Shown here: positions 11,401 through 18,157 of the stretch, one piece after another
Position numbering within the stretch: position 1 is the first letter of the stretch
How the letters are laid out: every line of letters starts with the position of its first letter
DNA from: Candidatus Krumholzibacteriia bacterium
GTDB taxonomy: Bacteria; Krumholzibacteriota; Krumholzibacteriia; JAJRXK01
Length of the DNA: 64,000 bases
NCBI GenBank assembly: GCA_041484665.1
Contig: JBGPIA010000001.1
Span: 160,001 to 224,000 of the forward strand
Direction: 5' to 3'
Notes under the pieces: generated by a model
Seen by the model: the letters and a program-made list of their open reading frames with translations, nothing else
Database searches by the model: none
Told to the model about the DNA's origin: nothing
Made by a program: the position numbers and the translations under genes

Positions 11401-11715
11401 GGTCAGGTCGACACCCGTCCAGCCCTGCCGGTCGGGGTAACCGAGCGTCGTCTGGAACTTGCCGCTGAGCGAACCCGGCCCCCCGTACAGGAAGACCGTA
11501 TCGCCGGCCGCCTTCGCGGTGGATCCGGTCGGACCGCCGAAGAGAACGGGCTCGGTCCGCCGGTCGGCGATCTGGGGCTGCTCCCACTGCTGGGCGGGGC
11601 GGATGCCCGACGCCAAAGAGGCAGCAGAGGCTCGACCGGCCGCGCCGTGTTGATGCGCGGCGAGCATGAGCGCGAAAAGACCACAGCAAGCGTTCGCGCG
11701 TTGCGCCAGCGCCAT
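8410..11715 (-). CDS. Large secreted protein of unknown function with C-terminal FlgD-Ig-like domain
   Basis: Signal-like N-terminus; HDSENGYDF segment; C-terminal QNHPNPFNPITSIEF...WKGTD...SGIYLY; start codon uncertain. Confidence 0.75.
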   Translation of the reverse strand: MALAQRANACCGLFALMLAAHQHGAAGRASAASLASGIRPAQQWEQPQIADRRTEPVLFGGPTGSTAKAAGDTVFLYGGPGSLSGKFQTTLGYPDRQGWTGVDLTGVPPHWHIDSFNAANMAARPAYWSGPSTVPVTNHAIWAGLPAGPTGFSTTGYGNQWHELLDQSFTVSNPADSTVISWDLQFNHDSENGYDFFNVQWDSAGSMINLARYTGTNKVGGVFAAPVVFHGVITYHAGDYVGFGHDQVHLRCRFDSDGAASDEDGLNVTGDGAVQLDNIQLQGTNGVGLSQATFQGGSLGGWTLVLHDFCGDFSKIFAYFQDIDPCRDDLSPQMTFIDDGTPPNNDPQHRSTGGSTSPTNTYGIPGGWVVNYTGGLTLGQSPLSNEVWSPEINWDQPGTADDSVEGGCFLRFSVWQHLPLINGIFWVWHVRSFPDPVSGAWTVFKDRNFVYYGGGVALYNNVQPEVRDLLVASPTKVQIALGVTDLADIFSFVANDATPSPTFDNVAVAKYEASGPRAVAREIDLFNDSFPTLGAISCAGADDTPLAIRMDMARDIRAISQPRNVPGDSIICDFVAGKPGSSVDASSIRMEFLLDANPCFATERAGGIATLRAGAGGGTSDIQSIGGNKYRGYVKGQPSRTASGSIVANRYCFDLPDGPVTLAAYESAEAALFFPGDQIRYFLKASTINPAETSTLPADTSGFSSGTGYNRIFTVYGLPTLTCGAADTDPCTQPSILFWNDQPDRGGNDEWIQAFGQNGLRLHKEYDTYRTNGPSSVVSNGLGSAGAHGANPGQLAGYNCLFYDSANLASGLISDGSSTGQNDKGNDIAALTGWMAQAGNRYAAYWGDNIVNGLGGGGVTFRSNVMGVQPVGDNVRPSIGNQTAPEVAPTGTVTGFATHFIAFGGCLSINLFDNINPGAATALKAHQFLPGPYAPSASVHSARQDTIAGTAYDRVNVTFPYGFMFVQDVFPKADGRSARAELLRELLIKFRQQGAIHDGGAVAADPVGSGELVLAQNHPNPFNPITSIEFSAPSRGRVTVRVYNLRGQRVATLVDGVVDAGRHVFVWKGTDASGAALASGIYLYEVSGFDQTVTRKLALLR

Positions 11716-11957
11716 GACCGCACCCCTTTCCGCGCGGATATCGCGGGGGCGTGGCCTCCGACTGCTGGCTCCAACCGTGACAAGGAGGGAAGTGAGGTCG
11801 TCACGCCCGCGCTGCGCATCGCCTCGCCGCACCAGGCTGGATCCAGCGATCAACAGGCTAGCACCGGGGGCAGCCCGTGTCAATGAGTTTACCGCTGCGA
11901 GTAGTCCTTTTCGACGGGCGGCCCGAACGGTCCGACGCGGGCCTGCGGCGCGGGCGC

Positions 11958-13103
11958 CTAGACCCCCAGCAGCGACGCGATCAGGACCCGCTGGATCTCC
12001 GAGGTCCCCGAGTAGATGCGGCCGGCGATGGCATCGCGCAGCTCGCGCTCCACCTCGTACTCGGCCATGTAGCCGTAACCGCCGTGGATCTGGATGGCAT
12101 CCTGCGCCGACCGCACCCAGCTCTCGCTGATGTGCAGCTTCGCCAAGGCCGCCTCCAGGTAGATGCTCTTGCCCCTGCTGCGCAGCCAGCCGGCGCGGTA
12201 GAGCAACGCGCGGGATGTCTCCACCTGCAGCTTCATGTCCACCAGCTTGGAGCCGATCAGCTGGAACTTACCGATCGCCTGCCCGAACTGCTTGCGCTCG
12301 TTGGTGTAGCGCACGCAGGTGTCCAGCAGGCGCTGCATCGAGCCCACCGCGCTGGCCAGGATGCAGCTGCGCTCCCAGGTCATGGAGTCGGCGAAGAGGC
12401 TCTTGCCCGCCCCCTCGCGCCCCAGCCGGTTTTCCACGGGCACCTCGCAGTCGTCGAAGAACAGCTCGCTCATGGGCGATGTGCGCAGCCCCATCTTGTG
12501 CGCGTGTGGGCCAACCGTGAGCCCCGGGGTCTCCCGCTCGACCAGGAATCCGCTGATGCCGTTGGGTCCTTTGGCCCGGTCGACGGTGGCGTACACCAGA
12601 TACAGGCCGGCGATCGGGCCGTTGCTGACGAAGATCTTGCTGCCGTTGAGCACGTAGCGATCACCGCGCAGCTGCGCCGTCGCGGTGAGGCCGTAGGCAT
12701 CCGAGCCCGAGCCCGGCTCGGACATGGCGTTGGCGCCGATCAGCTCGCCGCTGCACAGCCGCGGCAGGTAGCGGCGCTTCTGCTCCTGCGTACCGAAGCC
12801 CAGGATGGGGATCTCCAGCGTCCACATGTGCGCGTTAATGGAGAAGATCAGCCCGTTGTCCCGGCAGCCGTAGCCAAGGCTCTCCAGCACGCCCACGGTG
12901 GTGAGGGCGTCCTGCCCCGAGCCACCATACTCTTGCGGGATCGGCAGCCCGTGCACCCCCATCTCGGCGCACTTGCGCCAGCCATCGGCATTGAACTCGC
13001 CGCGCTCGTCGCGCCCCAGCAGGTCGCCGTTGAGCTCGGCCTTCGCGAAGGCGTAGATGGTGTCGCGCAACTGCGTTTGATCGTCGCTCCAGGCGAAGTC
13101 CAT
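11958..13103 (-). CDS. Acyl-CoA dehydrogenase family; likely prolyl-carrier-protein dehydrogenase (PltE/CloN3-like)
   Basis: ANAMSEPGSGSD, LNGSKIFVSNG, RKQFGQAIGKFQ, IHGGYGY, IYSGTSEIQ; adjacent to A domain and carrier protein. Confidence 0.85.
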   Translation of the reverse strand: MDFAWSDDQTQLRDTIYAFAKAELNGDLLGRDERGEFNADGWRKCAEMGVHGLPIPQEYGGSGQDALTTVGVLESLGYGCRDNGLIFSINAHMWTLEIPILGFGTQEQKRRYLPRLCSGELIGANAMSEPGSGSDAYGLTATAQLRGDRYVLNGSKIFVSNGPIAGLYLVYATVDRAKGPNGISGFLVERETPGLTVGPHAHKMGLRTSPMSELFFDDCEVPVENRLGREGAGKSLFADSMTWERSCILASAVGSMQRLLDTCVRYTNERKQFGQAIGKFQLIGSKLVDMKLQVETSRALLYRAGWLRSRGKSIYLEAALAKLHISESWVRSAQDAIQIHGGYGYMAEYEVERELRDAIAGRIYSGTSEIQRVLIASLLGV

Positions 13104-13206
13104 CGTGCTCTCCCGTCCGGCGCGGTCGGTGGCGCTGGGCGCGCGGTGCGCAGAGCGCGAGCCCTCGCGCGTGGCGCCCGCCGTTCCCCGCGCGCTGCCG
13201 CGCCGG

Positions 13207-14763
13207 TCAGCCCAGGCTCAGCAGCCGCTGGTAGTCGGTTTTGTCGGTGGAGGTCTTGGGTAGCTCCCGGTGGAACGCGAACAGGTCGGGGATCATGTAC
13301 AGCGGCAGGTGTTGCGAGCAGTGCCGCTTGAGCTCGATGATGGACATGCGCTCACTGCCCTTGACGTAGATGTGGGCCTTGATCCGCAGCCCGGCCTGCG
13401 GGTCGGGCAGCGCCACGACCGCCGCCTCCCACACCTGCGGATGTCGGTAGAGGCAAACCTCGATCTCGCCGAGCTCCACGCGATAGCCGCGCTTCTTGAC
13501 CATGCGGTCCTTGCGGCCCAGGAAGCGGAGGTTGCCGTCAGCCTCCTCGATGACCAGGTCGCCCGTCTTGTACCAGCGTCCGCCGTCGGGCAAGGTGACG
13601 AAAGCCCGCTGCGTCAGCTCGGGAAGGCTCCAGTAGCCCTGCATGACGCCGGAGCCGCGGATGCACAGCTCCCCCTCCTGCCCGTGCCCCACCGGCGCGC
13701 CCCGGTCGTCCAGCACGACGCCTTCCAGGTGCGAGCACACCCGGCCGATCGGAACTGGCTCGGTGCGGTCGGCGGCAATCGTTGCAGGGATCTCGTACCA
13801 AGTGCAGACGTTGGTCTCGGTGGGGCCGTAGAGGTTGTAGTAGCGCGGCGCGGGCCACTGCTCTTTGAGCGCTCGCAAATGCACGACCGGGAAGACCTCG
13901 CCGGCGAACAGCACGGTGCGCACGCTCGAGCAGTCGTGGGTCTCCAGCTTGCCGTACTGTACGAGCAGCGTGAGGATCGACGGCGTGGAGTACCACACGG
14001 TGATGCGCGCGTCGGCGATCAAGTTCGACAGCGCCAGCGGATCCTTGCCGATGTCCTCCGGGATGAGCGCGAGCATCGCTCCATGCTTGAGCGGTGTGTA
14101 GATGTCCAGGATCGAGAGATCGAAGTGGAACGGCGCGTGGGACGAGAAACGGTCCTCGGGCGTGGGTGAGAACGTCGCCGTGCACCAGTCCACGAAGCTC
14201 TGGGCATTGCGGTGCGAGAGCATCACGCCCTTGGGCTTTCCCGTTGAGCCCGACGTGTACAGGATGTACGCCAGTTCGTCGGGCTGTGACTCGACCGTGG
14301 CTGTGGCCGGCGCGGGCCCCGCGGCGTCGAGGCGATCCAGCGCACCGCCCAGGGCGGCCCCTGCGCCCACGCCCTCCAGCGACAGCCAGGCCGGCGTTGC
14401 CCCGGCACGGTCCAGCTCCTGCGCCAGCGGGGCCTGCAGCGCCGCCTCGGCGACCACCGCGCGCACCGTACAGTTGCCCAGGATGTAGCCATTGCGCGTA
14501 GCCGGCGCCGTCGGATCGACCGGCACGTAGGCGGCCCCGCACTTGAGGACGCCGAAGATGGTGGCCACCGAGTCGATGGACTTGTGCAGGCACAGACCCA
14601 CGCGGTCGCCGCGCCGCACACCCAGTGCAGCCAGGCGGTCGCGCACCCGCTCAGACAGCCGGTCGAGCGCCTGATAGGTGATGGTCTGACCCGACGGCTC
14701 CCGGATCGCGATGCGCGAGCCGTAGCGTGAGGCCGCCGCGGTGAAATCGCCGTGCAGCGCCAT
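13207..14763 (-). CDS. Stand-alone amino acid adenylation enzyme, probably L-proline:carrier-protein ligase (PltF/CloN4-like)
   Basis: YTSGSTGKPKG, FDLS, YGPTE, YKTGD, RVELGEIE; hand-extracted pocket code D-L-L-Y-L-A-L-V-C-K. Confidence 0.85.
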   Translation of the reverse strand: MALHGDFTAAASRYGSRIAIREPSGQTITYQALDRLSERVRDRLAALGVRRGDRVGLCLHKSIDSVATIFGVLKCGAAYVPVDPTAPATRNGYILGNCTVRAVVAEAALQAPLAQELDRAGATPAWLSLEGVGAGAALGGALDRLDAAGPAPATATVESQPDELAYILYTSGSTGKPKGVMLSHRNAQSFVDWCTATFSPTPEDRFSSHAPFHFDLSILDIYTPLKHGAMLALIPEDIGKDPLALSNLIADARITVWYSTPSILTLLVQYGKLETHDCSSVRTVLFAGEVFPVVHLRALKEQWPAPRYYNLYGPTETNVCTWYEIPATIAADRTEPVPIGRVCSHLEGVVLDDRGAPVGHGQEGELCIRGSGVMQGYWSLPELTQRAFVTLPDGGRWYKTGDLVIEEADGNLRFLGRKDRMVKKRGYRVELGEIEVCLYRHPQVWEAAVVALPDPQAGLRIKAHIYVKGSERMSIIELKRHCSQHLPLYMIPDLFAFHRELPKTSTDKTDYQRLLSLG

Positions 14764-14838
14764 GGGGATGACCTCTTGCTGCGAGATGCCGTCGCCCGGC
14801 CCGTGCCATCGTGCGGCGAGCTGCTGACTTCCAACGGA

Positions 14839-15093
14839 TCAGAGCTTCGTGAGCACGAGGCTCGCGACATCGGCGATCGTGCCGAGGTTCTCCACGTCGG
14901 CCTCGTGCGCCTCCACTGAGATGTCGAACTCCTTCTCCAGGAAGGAGATCAGCTTCAGCGTGGCGATGGAGTCCAGGATCCCGGTCGTGTACAGCGGAGT
15001 GTCCGGCGCAAGCGCGGCCGGATCTTCGCCCTCCAAGAACTCCCGCAGGATGAACCCCTTCACCTTTTCCTGGACGGCCTGGCGATCATGCAT
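14839..15093 (-). CDS. Acyl/peptidyl carrier protein
   Basis: 84 aa acidic protein, GILDSIA phosphopantetheine Ser motif, CAGGAG RBS. Confidence 0.9.
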   Translation of the reverse strand: MHDRQAVQEKVKGFILREFLEGEDPAALAPDTPLYTTGILDSIATLKLISFLEKEFDISVEAHEADVENLGTIADVASLVLTKL

Positions 15094-15131
15094 GTCATCG
15101 CTCCTGTGGTGTTGTCAGTCCCGTCGCCCGC

Positions 15132-15191
15132 TGTCGTCAGTGCTGTCGTCCGCTGTTGTCCGTGCTCTTGTCCGGTGTCGTCAGTGCTGTC
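15132..15191. repeat. Intergenic 16-bp direct repeat TGTCGTCAGTGCTGTC x2 in a TGTC-rich tract
   Basis: Exact copies at 15132-15147 and 15176-15191. Confidence 0.7.
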
Positions 15192-15220
15192 ATCTCGCCG
15201 CGTCGGTCCGGTCGTGGCGA

Positions 15221-17839
15221 TCAAAGCCCCAGCTGCGGCGCCAGCGCCGGGTACAGCGCCTCGGCGATCATGCGGTGCGCCATGGCGTTGGGGTGCCCAT
15301 CCCACTTCGCAATCTGGAGCTGCTCCATGGACGGCGCGCTCTTGTAGACGTCCAGCAGGTCGATCGCCGTGATTCCAGCCTGCCGGGCCAGCTCCATCTG
15401 CCGGCGCATCTCGGCGGTGCTCTCGGCGCTCTCGACGCGCGGCTGTGGCATGAAGACGCCCAGCGGCTTGATCCCGCGCTGCAAGCACCGCTGCGTCATC
15501 TCCTGGTAGACCCAGAGCAGAGCCTGTTCGCGGTATGGCCGCAGCTTCGCGTCTGCCTCCGCCGGCGACATGCCGTTGCGGATCCCGGACTGCCGCACCA
15601 GCTCGGTCAGCGGCGCGTAGGGCAGCGCGTAGCCGGCCTCCACGCTCTCGGCGAGCTCCTTCGCCACCCAGTAGAGGTCGTTGATGCCGACGGTGAGCAG
15701 CGCGTCGGGCTGGAACTCCAGGGCCTTGCGATCCAGCACGCACAGCCGCGCGACGGGCCCGTACCCCCCCACCGAGAAGTTGAGGATCTCGTAGCGGCGA
15801 TGCTCCTGCGCCCCGTGCTCGGCGTTCAGGCGGTCCTCGACGAGGCTCTCGAAGTCCTGGCCGTCTTCCACGCCTGTGCCCATGGCGTGGGAATCCCCCA
15901 GCAGCGCCACGCGGTATGTGCGGGACGGCTTCTGTTGCTCGTAGTCGCGGTCGCGCATGGCCCAGCGATTGGTCGTCATCATCGCGCCCTTGAACGCGAC
16001 GTGGCGCGACGGCAACAGCTCGTGGGTAGGGAAGCTCCCCGTGCGATGGATGGCCCAGCAGCGGTCCCAGTTGGGCGGCTTCTCGGCGTAGAGCGCGGCA
16101 AGCTGCGGGTTGAAGCGCGTGACGTCGGTGAGGTCCTCGTAGTAGCCGCGGTCGAGCATCTGCGCGTCGGTGCGCGAGAGGCGCAGCGGGTTTTTGAGCC
16201 GGTCCACCACGTCGGCGACGGCCGGATCGTAGTGCAGCACCAGCGAGCCGTACGCAATCACGAGCAGGCCGCAGCTGGCCAGCCCCACGCGCACCGCACT
16301 CCACGGGATGGGGAGCCCCGCAGCGACTTGGGGTGCGGCCGGGACCGCGCCCCGCGCGCCAGCCAGTGCAGCGGCCGTCGCAGCAGCCGTTGCAGCCGCT
16401 GTCGCGGCCTTCTCCCTGCGGTCGTACCAGACCGCGGCCAGCCCCAGCGCCACCAGACCGCCCAAGATCCAGGCGGCGTCGGCCACTCCCATCACGCGCA
16501 GCTTGCCAGCGGCCAGGCGCAACTCGCCCAGCGACGGAGCCGACCAGATCGCCCAGCTCGCGCAGATCACGGCAAATGTCCCCACCGTGCGCAGGGCGAG
16601 CTGCAGGTCGGACCCCAACGTGCGGCGCGCTGCGGTCAGGCTGCGGCGGCGACCGTGGCGGGCCTCCCGCAGCATGTTGGCCAGCACCACCAGGCCCATG
16701 ACCGACCAGAAAACGATGTCCTGCCAGATCACGGGAAAGCTGCCCCGGATCCAGAACCACTGGTAGGAGTGCAGCGCCCAGGTGGCGAAGAAGGCGACGA
16801 ACGTGGCCAGCACCAGCGCGGCCGTGGCGCCCATGCGCTTGCTGAGCCGGAAGTAGACCGGATTGAAGAAGATCTTCTGGAGGAACTCCTTCCAGTAGAT
16901 GTTGATGCGCCGCCAGTAGTCGGTGAAGCTGCTCGCCAGGAAGTACCTGTGGTTGGTCTGCGGCAGCGCGAACCCGAACGCGCGCATCATCCCGATCGCG
17001 AGATGGAAACTGCCGGAGATGCGCAGGTACAGCAGGTAGGGCCGGACCAGATAGAGCGCCGCGCCCCCTGCGCTCTTGACCGAGGCCGGATCCACCGACA
17101 AGTACTGGTACACGAGGCGGTACAGCAGGAGCTGCATCAGCCCGCGGAACATCCACTCGATTCCGCTCTGGGCAATGTGCAACTCGTCGACGGAGCCGCG
17201 CGACCGGCAGAATGTCTTGTAGTCGACCACCGGGAAGAGCGGGAAGCAGAGATTGGGCAGCATGAAGAAGTACGCGAGCGCCCGCCAGGCGCCAAACGGC
17301 GCGGTGCGGTTGCGCAGGTCGTACAGGTAAACGATCAATCGGAACATGAACATCGCGCCGAAGATCGGCCAGATCGAGGACGACCACGGCGCGTGCCACC
17401 ATCCGGCGCGCAGGCAGGCCAGCGCTACGCCCGCCACGAGCACGAGCCCCAGGCGCAACGCAAACGCCACCGGCAGGTGAATCAGCGCGATGAGCACGGC
17501 GCCGATCGCCAGCAGCCACGCGCCTTGGGCGAATCCGAAGACGACGACCGTACCGGCGGCCGAGAGCAGCACGAAGAACGGCAGGCGAGCGCGCTCGGGC
17601 AGCCAGTGGAAGACGGCGAAGCCGCCGCAGGCCAGCTCCAGCACGCGGAAGAACGCCGCGCTCTCGATGGCATACGCCTGGACCAGCAACACCAGCAGCA
17701 CGAACTGCGCCGCAGCAACCACGAACGGCAGCAGCCGCGCCCCATGCGGCGCGACGGTGGACGCGCCCGGCGCGCCGGGCGAGAGGGGTCGCGCGCGCAG
17801 GGCTCCCGCGGGCGGCCTGGCGAGCGGCGAGTCCGTCAT
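15221..17839 (-). CDS. MBOAT-family membrane acyltransferase fused to C-terminal SGNH-hydrolase-like domain
   Basis: Many TM helices, FLASSFTDYWRRIN, TWALHSY; C-terminal GDS, GGYG, GIND, DGHPN SGNH blocks; start uncertain. Confidence 0.85.
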   Translation of the reverse strand: MTDSPLARPPAGALRARPLSPGAPGASTVAPHGARLLPFVVAAAQFVLLVLLVQAYAIESAAFFRVLELACGGFAVFHWLPERARLPFFVLLSAAGTVVVFGFAQGAWLLAIGAVLIALIHLPVAFALRLGLVLVAGVALACLRAGWWHAPWSSSIWPIFGAMFMFRLIVYLYDLRNRTAPFGAWRALAYFFMLPNLCFPLFPVVDYKTFCRSRGSVDELHIAQSGIEWMFRGLMQLLLYRLVYQYLSVDPASVKSAGGAALYLVRPYLLYLRISGSFHLAIGMMRAFGFALPQTNHRYFLASSFTDYWRRINIYWKEFLQKIFFNPVYFRLSKRMGATAALVLATFVAFFATWALHSYQWFWIRGSFPVIWQDIVFWSVMGLVVLANMLREARHGRRRSLTAARRTLGSDLQLALRTVGTFAVICASWAIWSAPSLGELRLAAGKLRVMGVADAAWILGGLVALGLAAVWYDRREKAATAAATAAATAAALAGARGAVPAAPQVAAGLPIPWSAVRVGLASCGLLVIAYGSLVLHYDPAVADVVDRLKNPLRLSRTDAQMLDRGYYEDLTDVTRFNPQLAALYAEKPPNWDRCWAIHRTGSFPTHELLPSRHVAFKGAMMTTNRWAMRDRDYEQQKPSRTYRVALLGDSHAMGTGVEDGQDFESLVEDRLNAEHGAQEHRRYEILNFSVGGYGPVARLCVLDRKALEFQPDALLTVGINDLYWVAKELAESVEAGYALPYAPLTELVRQSGIRNGMSPAEADAKLRPYREQALLWVYQEMTQRCLQRGIKPLGVFMPQPRVESAESTAEMRRQMELARQAGITAIDLLDVYKSAPSMEQLQIAKWDGHPNAMAHRMIAEALYPALAPQLGL

Positions 17840-18157
17840 GACGAGCGGGAGCGGCGGGTAGACAAGCCCGCGACCGAGCTGGACGGCTCGTGGATGCAGA
17901 CGCAGGAATGCATGGGCGCAGTCGGATCTCCCTGACCGATCCCGCGGGACGGCGGCCAGGTGGAGCCTGATCTCCTGAGCTGCTGGGTGTGATGTTCCGG
18001 GGGTATGTCGTTCGCGCGAGCGAGCATACCATCCGGCGCGACCGCCGGGCAAGCCGACGGCCGGCGAAGGCGCTGCTTTACCGGCCGTCCTCGAGCCGCA
18101 CGGGCACCCTCGCGGGCAGGGCCGCGGCGGCCGCAGCCCTCCCCGGGGTGCCCCCGC

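Noticed and set aside
11958..17839. Classical dlt D-alanylation operon
   Set aside because: A-domain pocket looks proline-type, a dehydrogenase is included, and the organism appears diderm
14849..18032. Long ORFs 14849..17935 (+) and 15060..18032 (-)
   Set aside because: Arg/Ala/Gly-rich shadow frames of the MBOAT gene, typical of high-GC DNA
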